Part shown: piece by piece, positions 49,681 to 59,864 of the stretch
Numbering within the stretch: position 1 is the first letter of the stretch
Layout of the letters: each line of letters begins with the position of its first letter
Assembly: GCA_963772455.1 (NCBI GenBank)
Contig: CAVYXJ010000010.1
Coordinates: 96,001-160,000 of the forward strand
Direction of reading: 5' to 3'
From: Candidatus Bathyarchaeota archaeon
Lineage (GTDB): Archaea; Thermoproteota; Bathyarchaeia; Bathyarchaeales; Bathycorpusculaceae
Length of the DNA: 64,000 bases
Translations under genes and position numbers: made by a program
The notes under the pieces: generated by a model
The model's input: only the letters and a program-made list of their open reading frames with translations
Told to the model about the DNA's origin: nothing
The model's database searches: none

Positions 49681-49723
49681 GTAAATTCAACTCTGCGTAG
49701 CTATTAACAGTTGAGTTTAGGTT

Positions 49724-50785
49724 TTAAAATGTTTCAGTTACTTCCTTTGCTGGACATACCACTTGACCATCATGCATATTAATGCTGTCTTTAACCTTGG
49801 CGAGGTCGCCTACTACACATCCTTTTGGAAGTTTAACGCCCTTGCCTATTTTTGCTCCTTCTCCAACGATAGCTCCGTTGAGGATGGCGCCGTCAGCTAT
49901 GTGGGCTTCTGCGAAAATAACTGAATTTGAGATTTGTACATTTTCCCCGACTTTGACATTTTTACCCAGGATTGCGTATGGTCCGATCACGGAGTTTTCA
50001 CCAACAACGACTCCTGTATCCAAAGCCACAGGGTTTTTTATATAAGGTTCAACGTTCTTATTTTTGGCGTTTTTTGCTAGAGAATCGAGGACTGCCTTGT
50101 TTGCTTCCAAAAACTCATAGGGCTTACCAATATCAATCCATAACCCATCGATACAATGACCACATAGTTTGCCTTCCGCCGCCAATTTTGGGAAGACTTC
50201 GCGCTCAATAGAAACCGGTTTTCCTTCAGGAATGTATGTGAACACTTCGGGGCTTAGAACGTAAGCACCAGCATTTATTTGGTTACTTGGAGCTTTCCCC
50301 TTGGGTGGTTTCTCTACAAAACGTTTGATTACAGTTCCGTCTATGTCTGCAACTCCAAAACTGCATGGATCCTCGACTTTGCATAGCGCAATTGTTGCTA
50401 ATGCACCAGATTTTTTATGCGCTTCAAGCAGTTCTTGGTAGTTAATGTCAGCGTATATGTCGCCGTTCAACATGATAAACGGCTCATTGTGCCCAATTAG
50501 ATTCTCTGCCTTCTTTAGTGCTCCTCCTGTTCCAAGAGGCATTTTTGGTGGATCAACTGAAAATCGGACTCTTAAGCCGCATTTTGAAGGTTTGTGTTGC
50601 CGGATGTAGAATTGAGTTAAGGCATTTACTGCGAGAATTGCTTCGTCTACTCCGCCCTTGGCTAATCGCTCAAAAATCCATTGCAGTAGTGGTTTGTTCA
50701 CTATTGGGAAGAGAGTTTTAGGTCTCGAGCAACTTAGTGGACGAAGTCTTGTGGCGAAACCGCCTGCTAAAATCAATGCTTTCAG
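49724..50785 (-). CDS. NDP-sugar pyrophosphorylase (mannose-1-P guanylyltransferase-like)
   Basis: LAGGFATRLRPL, LGTGG, EKP and WIDIG motifs; C-terminal hexapeptide repeats. Start uncertain (50785-50821). Confidence 0.88.
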   Translation of the reverse strand: MKALILAGGFATRLRPLSCSRPKTLFPIVNKPLLQWIFERLAKGGVDEAILAVNALTQFYIRQHKPSKCGLRVRFSVDPPKMPLGTGGALKKAENLIGHNEPFIMLNGDIYADINYQELLEAHKKSGALATIALCKVEDPCSFGVADIDGTVIKRFVEKPPKGKAPSNQINAGAYVLSPEVFTYIPEGKPVSIEREVFPKLAAEGKLCGHCIDGLWIDIGKPYEFLEANKAVLDSLAKNAKNKNVEPYIKNPVALDTGVVVGENSVIGPYAILGKNVKVGENVQISNSVIFAEAHIADGAILNGAIVGEGAKIGKGVKLPKGCVVGDLAKVKDSINMHDGQVVCPAKEVTETF

Positions 50786-50851
50786 AGGTGTCACCTTGGG
50801 TATGAAGTAACCTATTGGCACGTTTTCATATAAACAATTATGGGCGTTTAA

Positions 50852-52402
50852 TTATTCCCATTCTATGGTTGCAGGTGGTTTGTGAGTAATATCATAGACT
50901 ACTCGCGTAACTTGGGAAATTTCATTTGTTATTCGTGTGGAGATTTTTTCAAGCACTGGGTAGGGAATCCTTGCAAAGTTTGCTGTCATGGCTTCACGAC
51001 TCTCTGCTGCCCTAACAGCTACAACGTAGCCGTAAGCCCTGGAATCGCCCTTAACACCTGTGGCCTTCGTATCAGTAAGGACGGCGAAATATTGCCAAAG
51101 GTCTTCCGCGACACAATTCTTCTCAATCTCTTGTGTGACAATGGAATCGGCTTTCTTTGTAATAGCGACTTTCTCTTCGGTTAATTCGCCTATGATTCTG
51201 ACGGCTAAGCCTGGACCAGGAAATGGTTGTCTGTTAACAAGTTCCCTGGGAAGGTTAAGCATTACAGCTACTTTGCGGACTTCGTCTTTGTATAGGTCTC
51301 GGAGGGGTTCAACAATTTTCTTAAATGCTATCTTTGAGGGTAATCCAGCAACGTTGTGATGTGATTTTATTACGTCAGAGTTTTTTCTAAATCCTGATTC
51401 AATTCGATCAGGATAAATTGTTCCTTGAAGGAGATATTCTGCACCGGATTTTTTTGCTTCTTCCTCAAAAACTCGAATAAATTCTTCTCCGATGACTTTG
51501 CGTTTTTTCTCGGGTTCCGATACACCTTTGAGTTTCTCTAAGAAGCGCTGTTGCGCATTTACCATGACAAATTTGATGTTAAAACTCCCGAATGTCTTGC
51601 GGATTGCTTCCGGTTCTCCTTCACGCATGAAGCCGTGATCCACAAAAACAGCTGTTAGCTTATCGCCTAAGGCTTCGGCGGCCAATGCTGTGGCAACGCT
51701 ACTATCGATGCCTCCACTTAGTCCTATGATGGCTGTTGCTTCGCCTACATCAGTCTTTATTTCTTTGACCATTCTTTCAATGAGGTCTCCCACTTGCCAG
51801 TTTGCTTCGCATTTACATACTTCAAAGATGAAATTACGAAGCATTAGTTCCCCGTTCTTTGTGTGCATTACTTCAGGGTGCCATTGAAGACCATAGATTG
51901 GAACGTTTTTGTTTCTATATGCCGCCACAGGACAACTATCGGAATGTGCTAGAATCTCAAAATCTGCGGGTAACTCTAAAACAGTATCTCCATGACTCAT
52001 CCAAACTGTTTCTCGAGGGCTTAGGCCTTGCAAGACGCCCACAGGTTTATCTATAGTGACTTCCGCGATTCCGTATTCTCGACAAGCGGCGCGTGAAACC
52101 TTTCCTTTTACCATGTAGGCTATTAGTTGATGACCATAACAAAGACCTAGAATAGGCAGTTTTATGTCTAAAATACTTGGAATTATGTTTGGTGAATCTT
52201 TTTCGTAAACGCTTGACGGTCCACCTGAAAAAATTAGACCTTTAATGTTAAATTTTTCATTTAGCTTTTCAATTTCGGTGGGGTTAATGTCATAAGGAAC
52301 TATTTCTGAGTAGACACCATGTTCTCTGATTCGTCTGCCTATGAGGTGGCAGTATTGTCCACCAAAATCAAGAACTAGGATGGTGTCGTATTTTGTTTGC
52401 AT
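50852..52402 (-). CDS. guaA: GMP synthase (fused GATase + ATPPase)
   Basis: GLCYGHQ, QWHPE, SGGIDS, IKSHHNV and KPPATIEWE motifs. Confidence 0.98.
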   Translation of the reverse strand: MQTKYDTILVLDFGGQYCHLIGRRIREHGVYSEIVPYDINPTEIEKLNEKFNIKGLIFSGGPSSVYEKDSPNIIPSILDIKLPILGLCYGHQLIAYMVKGKVSRAACREYGIAEVTIDKPVGVLQGLSPRETVWMSHGDTVLELPADFEILAHSDSCPVAAYRNKNVPIYGLQWHPEVMHTKNGELMLRNFIFEVCKCEANWQVGDLIERMVKEIKTDVGEATAIIGLSGGIDSSVATALAAEALGDKLTAVFVDHGFMREGEPEAIRKTFGSFNIKFVMVNAQQRFLEKLKGVSEPEKKRKVIGEEFIRVFEEEAKKSGAEYLLQGTIYPDRIESGFRKNSDVIKSHHNVAGLPSKIAFKKIVEPLRDLYKDEVRKVAVMLNLPRELVNRQPFPGPGLAVRIIGELTEEKVAITKKADSIVTQEIEKNCVAEDLWQYFAVLTDTKATGVKGDSRAYGYVVAVRAAESREAMTANFARIPYPVLEKISTRITNEISQVTRVVYDITHKPPATIEWE

Positions 52403-52616
52403 TATATAGACTCAGAACTATTGGAGTTTAGGGGTCTAATTTAAGATTACTATCTGTTTTCTGCTAAAGACAATTGTTTTTGGGTTATTAGTAGGCTTAA
52501 TTTTTTTCCAAAGAATAATTGAAATAACTAAACTTTTATTAACTTAATCAGACGATTATCAAAAGGACGTTTCAAAAAACAAGATTTAATTGGAAGAACG
52601 TGCAGGATCGGATGTT

Positions 52617-53060
52617 ATGGTATTAAATGAAACAGATGTAAAAATCCTTAAAGGATTGTTAGAGGACGCAAGATTTTCAAGCAGGCAAATAGCCAAAAAT
52701 GTAGGCGTTTCAGTCGGTACCGTTTTATCCAGAATCAAAAAGATGGAAGAAGACGGCTTAATCAAAGGTTACTCAGTTATTTTAGATCATGAAAAACTCG
52801 GCTACCAGTTAACCGTAGTTACTGAAATTACAGTTTCCAAGGGTAGACTCGTAGAAACAGAGAATGAAATCGCCAAAATTCAAAACGTTTGTGGAGTCTA
52901 CGATGTCACAGGTTTAACAGACGCTATAATTGTGGCAAAGTTCAAAAGCCGCGAAGATTTAGGTGCCTTTACCAAAAAGCTACTTTCTCTACCCTACATT
53001 GAGCGCACAAACACCCATGTAGTCTTAACAACAGTGAAAGAAAATTTTCGCTTGTTATAA
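52617..53060 (+). CDS. Lrp/AsnC transcriptional regulator
   Basis: DARFSSRQIA…GLIKGY HTH and RAM domain YDVTG. Confidence 0.95.
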   Translation: MVLNETDVKILKGLLEDARFSSRQIAKNVGVSVGTVLSRIKKMEEDGLIKGYSVILDHEKLGYQLTVVTEITVSKGRLVETENEIAKIQNVCGVYDVTGLTDAIIVAKFKSREDLGAFTKKLLSLPYIERTNTHVVLTTVKENFRLL

Positions 53061-53163
53061 TCGAGTTATTTTAGTATCATTATCTTTTTTATTATTTTTC
53101 AAAGACTATTTTTTGTATATGGGACTTTTTTGGTTAATTTATTTTTAAATAAGAGAAGAAAAA

Positions 53164-54228
53164 TTAGGTTTTTACTTTTTCTGGATGGTGGTTTTCCATT
53201 TTGTATTTTAGTTCAGGGGCTGCTATAGTTATTTTTGTTCCTGAAGGCACTGCCGATGTTATCCAGACGTTTCCACCGATGACAACATTGTCGCCTATTA
53301 CTGTCTCAGCGCCAAGTAATGTTGCGCCTGAATAGATTACCACATTGTTTCCTACAGTAGGATGGCGTTTGCGGCCTTTGATTATGTTTCCTTTCTCATC
53401 TTTTGGAAAACTCAGAGCGCCAAGGGTTACGCCTTGATAGAGTTTTACGTTGTCTCCGATTTCTGCAGTTTCGCCTATCACGACGCCTGTGCCGTGGTCG
53501 ATGAAGAAGTTTTTGCCGATTTTTGCGCCTGGATGGATATCTATTCCGGTTTGTGAGTGAATGTGTTCGCTCATTATTCTAGGAATTAGTGGTACTCCGC
53601 TTAGGTAGAGTTCATGTGCTATTCGATATGTAGTTATAGCTAGTACACATGGATAGCTTAAGATGACTTCCTCATTGCTTACTGCTGCTGGGTCGCCACT
53701 GTAAGCTGCTTGGATGTCGCCACTTAACATAGAACGGATTTTGGGTAATTTCTCAAGGAGTTCCTTAACCACTACATGCGCTCTTTTTTGGCACACATCC
53801 TGTGGGCATTCACTGATTTTTCTGCATATGTATTTGAGGCTCCTTTCAACCTCATCAGTGAGCCTTGTATAAACTGATGTTAATGTGGTACCAAGTTGAT
53901 ATTTTATATTAGCTTTAGTTATTTCTGAATCGCCCAAATACCCTGGAAAAAGGACTGTGAACAGGTCTTCCAAGACCTCGATAACTATTATTTTTGATGG
54001 CAGATCTCTTCCTTCAAGGTGGTCCATGCCGCCGAATTTGCGGTAGCTACTCATGATTTCGTCCACTAGTTTTGGCACGCTGGTTTCTACCCAGTCTTGT
54101 TCCACTTTATCGTGGTTGTGCATGAGTGTTGCTAGCATTCTGTCTGGGTTCCAGCAGTCATTATCTATGTTTTTGTCTTTGCATTCTTGGCATTCTTTAG
54201 GTATTGGCTTGTTTGGGTTTGTGGGCAT
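53164..54228 (-). CDS. cysE: Serine O-acetyltransferase (long form)
   Basis: GDPAA…YP…YRIAH, DIHPGA, IDHGTG and KRHP motifs. Confidence 0.93.
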   Translation of the reverse strand: MPTNPNKPIPKECQECKDKNIDNDCWNPDRMLATLMHNHDKVEQDWVETSVPKLVDEIMSSYRKFGGMDHLEGRDLPSKIIVIEVLEDLFTVLFPGYLGDSEITKANIKYQLGTTLTSVYTRLTDEVERSLKYICRKISECPQDVCQKRAHVVVKELLEKLPKIRSMLSGDIQAAYSGDPAAVSNEEVILSYPCVLAITTYRIAHELYLSGVPLIPRIMSEHIHSQTGIDIHPGAKIGKNFFIDHGTGVVIGETAEIGDNVKLYQGVTLGALSFPKDEKGNIIKGRKRHPTVGNNVVIYSGATLLGAETVIGDNVVIGGNVWITSAVPSGTKITIAAPELKYKMENHHPEKVKT

Positions 54229-54292
54229 ATTGTTTCACTTTACTTCAACTATTAGATAGGGGGATATAAGAAAAGTGTCTTTTAAACATAGA

Positions 54293-55234
54293 TTATGTGT
54301 TGGTGGTTGTGGGTTCTTGGAAGAGCACAGTGCTTAGGTAACGTTCACCAGTGTCAGGAAGAATTACTACTATTATTTTGCCTTTGTTCTCTATTCGTTT
54401 TGCTATTTCTATTGCTGCGTATGCTGCGGCGCCAGAAGATATGCCGACAAGTAAGCCTTCTTTTTGTGCAAGTTGCCTTGCTGTTTGCAAAGCCTGGTCG
54501 TCTGATACTTTGAATATTTCATCGACTAAATCAAGTTTTAGTACATCAGGCTTGAAGCCTGCGCCTATGCCTTGGATTTTATGAGGTCCTTTTTGGCCGC
54601 CGCTAAGGACTGGTGAGGCTGCTGGTTCTACAGCTATTGCTTTGAATTCTGGTTTTTGTGGTTTAATGAATTGGGCAATACCGGTAATGGTTCCACCTGT
54701 GCCCACGCCTGCAACAACAATGTCTACTTTTCCGTCGGTATCTTCCCATATTTCTGGTCCAGTGGTTTCTTTGTGGATTTTTGGGTTAGCTAAGTTTTTA
54801 AATTGTTGGGGCATGAAGCTGTTTGGTGTGTCTTTTATGAGTTCTTCGGCTTTTTTTATGGCGCCGCCCATGCCGTCTGGTCCCGGTGTGAGGATTAGTT
54901 GTGCGCCATATGCTTTTAGTAGGTTGCGGCGCTCGATGCTCATTGTTTCGGGCATAGTTAAAATGAGTTTGTATCCTTTGACAGCTGCTACCATTGCTAA
55001 GCCGATTCCTGTATTGCCGCTTGTAGGTTCGATGAGTGTTGCGCCCGGTTTAATGATGCCTTGTTTTTCGGCTTCAGAAATCATTGATAGGCAAATTCGG
55101 TCTTTGACGCTTCCGCCTGGATTTCTTGCTTCCAGTTTAGCTAATACGGTAGCGTTTGCGCCTTGGGTCAGTTTGCTTATTTGGACTAGGGGTGTTTTTC
55201 CGATTGTTTCTAAAACGTTTTTATAGTCATTCAT
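54293..55234 (-). CDS. cysK: Cysteine synthase A
   Basis: [23 protein letters not shown] and HKIQGIG motifs. Confidence 0.97.
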   Translation of the reverse strand: MNDYKNVLETIGKTPLVQISKLTQGANATVLAKLEARNPGGSVKDRICLSMISEAEKQGIIKPGATLIEPTSGNTGIGLAMVAAVKGYKLILTMPETMSIERRNLLKAYGAQLILTPGPDGMGGAIKKAEELIKDTPNSFMPQQFKNLANPKIHKETTGPEIWEDTDGKVDIVVAGVGTGGTITGIAQFIKPQKPEFKAIAVEPAASPVLSGGQKGPHKIQGIGAGFKPDVLKLDLVDEIFKVSDDQALQTARQLAQKEGLLVGISSGAAAYAAIEIAKRIENKGKIIVVILPDTGERYLSTVLFQEPTTTNT

Positions 55235-55270
55235 TTTTAACACCTTATTTTATAACAGCGTTATAGTTGG

Positions 55271-55291
55271 TGTGGTATAAACCTTACCACA
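55271..55291. promoter_or_regulatory. Inverted repeat enclosing the putative cysK TATA box
   Basis: TGTGGTA-N7-TACCACA with minus-strand TTTATA inside. A second palindrome, TATAAC-N3-GTTATA, lies at 55251-55265. Confidence 0.5.
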
Positions 55292-55393
55292 TCTATGCAA
55301 AATAGTATAACATACTAAACCTAAAACGCTTGCGCCTAAACACAAAAGTAAAGCCTTTAAATGAGCCCTGTTCCTATATTTCCGCAACACAAC

Positions 55394-55481
55394 GCGGAGG
55401 TCGCCCAGCATGGCCAAAGGCGTAGGACTGAGGCTCCTATCCCGCAGGGGTTCGTGGGTTCAAATCCCACCCTCCGCACCA
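55394..55481 (+). tRNA. tRNA-Leu(GAG), intron-less, CCA encoded
   Basis: Acceptor GCGGAGG/CCTCCGC, anticodon arm TAGGA-CTGAGGC-TCCTA, long variable arm, GTTCAAATC T-loop. TTTAAA promoter at 55356; T9 run at 55489-97. Confidence 0.97.
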
Positions 55482-55697
55482 ACCAAGATTTTTTTTTCGC
55501 ATTTTTCCCATAAATCAAATAAATTTTTCATACAATTAGATTACGCTTATGATTTCTCGATTATCAAAGGTATCTAAATTTTGGATCTAAAACAATTTTG
55601 GACCAATGGATTTTCCATTAAAAAACTATTTTAGATAAGTAACGGTTAAAAGCCAATATGTACAGTGATACTTTAACTCCAAGAAGGTTTGGTAACA

Positions 55698-56306
55698 ATG
55701 TCTGCTAAAACTCAACAGAGAAAATTCATTTCAGTTGACCCAGGCAAATGCATTGGATGCGGAATTTGTGAGTACGCTTGCACCGTAGAAAAAGGTGAAA
55801 ACACTTGGAATCCAATCCGTTCCAGAATCAGAGTAGTTCGCATGGCGCCAGTACTCAACTTTGCTTTAACTTGTAGGGGCTGCGAAGATGCAAAATGTGT
55901 AAAAGCATGTCCAGAACGTGCTCTCTCCCAAGCAGCGGAAACAGGCTTACTAATAGTTGACGAAAGTAAATGCAAAGGTTGCGACTGGTGTGTACAAGCA
56001 TGTGACCATGGGGGGATAACAATTCATGCCGATACAGGAAAGGCAATCGCATGCAATCTTTGTAATGGTGAACCACAATGTCTTGCTTCTTGTCCCGAAG
56101 AAGCATTAGCAATCGTCAGTTCAGATGAAGAAGCAGAAAAACGCTTTAACGACTCATTAGCAACGTTGTCACAGCAAATTGAAAAAATTACTACCAGTAT
56201 TAAGAATAAGGACTGGAAACCATTTTTGGCTGTTGCAGAAAAACGTTCAGGCGTTATTACAGAGAAACTGGAAGTTTTGAATAAGAAAGTGAAGGCAAAA
56301 AAATAG
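55698..56306 (+). CDS. Multi-[4Fe-4S] ferredoxin-like electron-transfer protein (DmsB/HydN/CooF type)
   Basis: Four Cys groups: CIGCGICEYAC, CRGCEDAKCVKACP, CKGCDWCVQAC and CNLC…CLASCP. Confidence 0.9.
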   Translation: MSAKTQQRKFISVDPGKCIGCGICEYACTVEKGENTWNPIRSRIRVVRMAPVLNFALTCRGCEDAKCVKACPERALSQAAETGLLIVDESKCKGCDWCVQACDHGGITIHADTGKAIACNLCNGEPQCLASCPEEALAIVSSDEEAEKRFNDSLATLSQQIEKITTSIKNKDWKPFLAVAEKRSGVITEKLEVLNKKVKAKK

Positions 56307-56319
56307 AAACAATACCTTC

Positions 56320-57174
56320 TCATATCTTTTTGTTTTCTTCATAACCTCTCAGTAAACTATCTATATCTAACCCGATTTTTTCACCAACGTATCCGCCTTC
56401 CAAAACAAAAAATGCGGGTTTTTTTAGGTTAGCGATTCTTTTTCCGATTTCAAAGTAATCCTGTATAACTAAACCTAAGGTTGCTAAATCCTCTTGGTGA
56501 GTATCAAAACCTGCAGAAACCGCTACCGTTTCAAACTTGGCTAAATCAAGGCTGCTTAATGCTTTGTCTAGTGTTTCTAAGTAACGTTGTCCACCATAAT
56601 CTCGTGGCAAGGCAAAATTTATGCAGTTTCCTTCGGTGAAATCGCCTGTTCCAGGGTAATTAGGTGATTGGTGCAGGGAAACATAGACAATTTTTTCGTC
56701 GCCTTGAAAAATTTCTTGTGTACCATTTCCATGATGTCCATCAATATCTAAGATTATTGTGCGTTTTCCTGATTCTTTTACGGCTATGGCGATGTTGTTT
56801 AGGTAGCAGAACCCACGTGTATAAACGCCCAATGCTGAGCCGCTTCTACCAACGTGATGTCCAGGTGGACGCATCAGTGAAAAACCATTAATTTTACTAG
56901 CCAAGATTGCTCCACCAACAGAGAGTTGCGCAAACTCATAGATGTTTTTGTAAGCTGGTGTGTCTGAATCTTCAACTAATCCTTTTTTTACGTTAAAAAG
57001 ATAATCTGCGTCATGAACGCTTAAAATTTCTTCGTCAGTTGCTGGCTTTGGCTCCAAGAACTCGTACCCCTTAGATTTCAGAATATCGTGTGCAGTTTTT
57101 ACTCTTTGGGGTCCTTCAACGTGCCAGGTGCCATAGCCTAAACATTTTTCTGAGTAGACTATTTTTGTTTTCAT
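56320..57174 (-). CDS. Histone deacetylase/acetylpolyamine amidohydrolase family protein
   Basis: RPPGHH, GFCYLNN, DIDGHHGNGT, SAGFD and LEGGY motifs. Confidence 0.93.
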   Translation of the reverse strand: MKTKIVYSEKCLGYGTWHVEGPQRVKTAHDILKSKGYEFLEPKPATDEEILSVHDADYLFNVKKGLVEDSDTPAYKNIYEFAQLSVGGAILASKINGFSLMRPPGHHVGRSGSALGVYTRGFCYLNNIAIAVKESGKRTIILDIDGHHGNGTQEIFQGDEKIVYVSLHQSPNYPGTGDFTEGNCINFALPRDYGGQRYLETLDKALSSLDLAKFETVAVSAGFDTHQEDLATLGLVIQDYFEIGKRIANLKKPAFFVLEGGYVGEKIGLDIDSLLRGYEENKKI

Positions 57175-57256
57175 CGGGTGCTGCATCCATTAGACTGATA
57201 AATACGCTTACATTTAAAATATAACCTCAATCAGAATCTATCCATCTTAAGTTTAA

Positions 57257-59221
57257 ATGGAGACTCAGTGTGTGGTTTCAGTAAATCCTTTCGATCAATT
57301 TCGTCAAGAATGCCAAACTGCATTAGCAAAAGCATTAAACAAAGCTTTGCCTGATATGCAACAGCCGACAATCACTCTAAACAAAACCCCTAACATAGAA
57401 TATGGTCAATTAGCCTCTTCACTTTGTTTTGAATTGGCGAAAAAACTTAGTCAGAAACCACTAGCTTTAGCGCATGAATTAGTTGTAGTCATTGATAAAT
57501 CGGAATTTAATTTGATTGAGAAAGTTGCTCCTGCAGGTGCTGGTTACATAAATTTTCATGTGAATTTCGCTAAATTCTCGCAATTAACTTTGGAGTCAGT
57601 AAAAAAGTTAGGGTCAGAATATGGTTTTACCAAAACTGACAAAATTAAAAAAATCATTGTTGAACATACCAGTGTTAACCCCTTGCATCCAATCCACATT
57701 GGACAAGCCCGAAACCCCATGATAGGCGACGCGTTAGCACGTATTCTCAAGTACAGAGGGCATGATGTTTCACGCCATTACTACATTGACGATGTTGGAC
57801 GCCAATCATCGGTTGTAGCTTATGGTTACGCTAAACTTGGCAAGCCAAAGCCCACTGAGAAAGTAGACCTTTTCGTGGGAAAAATCTACACGGTAACAAG
57901 TTGTATCGTCGAAATTAACCGCCTTAAAAAAGTGCGTGATACAGCAATTGCTGTTCATAATGCAGAGGACTTAGTGAAGGCAAACAAGGAAATAGATGAG
58001 TGGATGTCAATTGCCGCGGAACTTAAAGAAAAGTATCCGGTACTCTTTGAAGCTTTAACAGTGCAAATTGGTCAAGATGAAAATCCTGAAGAAGAAATCA
58101 AGAGTTTAAACTGCGCTTACGAAAACGACGAACCTTATGCAAAAGAACTCATTCGGGAAATAAGTGATTTATGTCTTGAAGGATTCCGCGAAACTATGAA
58201 ACGGGTTGGTGTAACTTATGATTCGTGGGACTGGGAAAGTGATTTTGTTTGGAGTACACAAGTTAACGATGTTTTGGCCACCCTCAAGGCTTCACAGTTT
58301 GTGACTATTGAAAAAGGCGTTTTTGTGTTTAATGCAGAAAAAGTTGTTCAATCTCTTAACTTAAAGGCCAAATTGGGTTTAAGTGAAAATAACGAAGTCC
58401 CCCCCTTAACCCTTGGACGCGCCGACGGTACAACACTTTACACAACACGTGATATCGCCTATACTCTATGGAAGTTTAAGCATGCACAAGAAGTCATAAA
58501 TGTAATCGGTATGGAACAGTCGCTTGCTCAGCTGCAATTAAAAATAGCGCTTTATGCAATGGGTCATGCTAAATACGCTGAGAATCTGGTGCATTTCGCG
58601 TATAATTTGGTTACTTTGCCAGGTTACAAAATGAGCAGCAGAAGAGGACACTATATCACCTTCGATGATGTTTTAACCGAAGCGGTTCAAAGAGCTTATG
58701 AAGAAGTCTCGAAACGCTCACCCCTTCTTTCAGAAGAAGAAAAACGTAAAATCGCGGATTTTGTAGGTTTAGGATCGGTTAGGTATGCACTTGTAGATGT
58801 TGATCCATCCAAAACAGTAGTTTTTACATGGGATCGTGTACTGAATTTTGAAACGAACAGTGCACCTTATGTCCAGTATACTCATGCAAGAGCCTGTAGC
58901 ATCCTTCGAAAGGTAGAGTGTGAACCCGAAAAGCCATCGTTCGAATTGCTCACAGAAAAACTTGAGCGCGAACTTATCTTGAACCTTGCAAGTTTCCCAG
59001 ATATGTTCATTGAAGCCTCAGAATATCTTAAACCAAATATGATAGCCGACTACACCAACACTTTAGCTGACAAATTCAATACATTCTACAACGCGTTACC
59101 TGTGATAAAAGCTGATTCAAAAGAACTTAGCGAAGCTCGAATTGCTCTGACACGAGCTATTCAAATCGTTATGTACAATGCGTTAAATTTGATTGGTGTG
59201 GTTGCTCCAGAAAAAATGTAG
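57257..59221 (+). CDS. argS: Arginyl-tRNA synthetase
   Basis: HTSVNPLHPIHIGQARN (HIGH-like), KMSSRRG, YVQYTHAR and C-terminal PEKM. Confidence 0.97.
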   Translation: METQCVVSVNPFDQFRQECQTALAKALNKALPDMQQPTITLNKTPNIEYGQLASSLCFELAKKLSQKPLALAHELVVVIDKSEFNLIEKVAPAGAGYINFHVNFAKFSQLTLESVKKLGSEYGFTKTDKIKKIIVEHTSVNPLHPIHIGQARNPMIGDALARILKYRGHDVSRHYYIDDVGRQSSVVAYGYAKLGKPKPTEKVDLFVGKIYTVTSCIVEINRLKKVRDTAIAVHNAEDLVKANKEIDEWMSIAAELKEKYPVLFEALTVQIGQDENPEEEIKSLNCAYENDEPYAKELIREISDLCLEGFRETMKRVGVTYDSWDWESDFVWSTQVNDVLATLKASQFVTIEKGVFVFNAEKVVQSLNLKAKLGLSENNEVPPLTLGRADGTTLYTTRDIAYTLWKFKHAQEVINVIGMEQSLAQLQLKIALYAMGHAKYAENLVHFAYNLVTLPGYKMSSRRGHYITFDDVLTEAVQRAYEEVSKRSPLLSEEEKRKIADFVGLGSVRYALVDVDPSKTVVFTWDRVLNFETNSAPYVQYTHARACSILRKVECEPEKPSFELLTEKLERELILNLASFPDMFIEASEYLKPNMIADYTNTLADKFNTFYNALPVIKADSKELSEARIALTRAIQIVMYNALNLIGVVAPEKM

Positions 59222-59416
59222 CGGCAGACTATTAGAATCAGGATTTAGATCTTTTGGTCAATTATCCTTTTAACCTTGTTTTCTTACATCCATCAAATTC
59301 TTTAAAGATAACATAAAAAGAAAAACAACTTTTTCGAGCATCCTTCCTCCAAATTGGAATCAAATCCAATTAGTTGAGCAAAATAGCCGAAGTTCCTTAA
59401 TATTTATGAAAAAAAA

Positions 59417-59713
59417 TTAGTCATTTAATTCTGCAGGTTGTACTGGGGTTGGAGGCAATTCTTCTTCTATTTCAACGATTTCTTCACCGCTGTCCCGTAA
59501 AACATATGCAGTTACAAACGAAACCACGGTCAAAAATAGATACGGAAATACATTCGATAGAATAGACAATATCAAATAATCGATTGGGGGCATTGCAGTA
59601 GAGTTAACCATTTCGATAAGTCGATAAGTTGAAATGGCTAATATGATGGTAAATATTGCGGATACTGCTCCAAAATAGATAGCTGCTTTTCCAACGATTT
59701 TTAAAGTGTTCAT
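59417..59713 (-). CDS. Small 2-TM membrane protein
   Basis: Two hydrophobic helices and an acidic tail; ATG 59713 is the likely start. Confidence 0.6.
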   Translation of the reverse strand: MNTLKIVGKAAIYFGAVSAIFTIILAISTYRLIEMVNSTAMPPIDYLILSILSNVFPYLFLTVVSFVTAYVLRDSGEEIVEIEEELPPTPVQPAELND

Positions 59714-59864
59714 GATGATTACTGTCCGCATTTTTATGAGAGGATGTCTCTTTTTAAGGTATGCTCCATTTGCAAAATCTGCATAATAATTACCCTGCAA
59801 TCGGTAAAAATTCTTTTAGGTAGATTTTTTAAAGATAACGTGATCTAAAAATAAGGCTGTACAT

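Noticed and set aside
50852-52402. Fused single-chain GMP synthase
   Set aside because: Fused forms occur in several archaeal groups; not unusual alone.
54642-55226. 194-aa plus-strand ORF and similar long antisense ORFs (18589-19053, 30068-30511, 9137-9541, 4358-4789)
   Set aside because: Codon-register shadows of well-supported genes on the opposite strand; no motifs.
55380-55485. tRNA-Leu as an integration site; upstream TCCGC complementary to the tRNA 5' end; CCAACCA 3' end
   Set aside because: No integrase and no duplicated tRNA 3' end noticed; the 5-bp match and extra ACCA are within chance.
59352-59371. AATTGGA-N6-TCCAATT inverted repeat
   Set aside because: Single AT-rich hairpin between convergent genes; terminator-like or chance.
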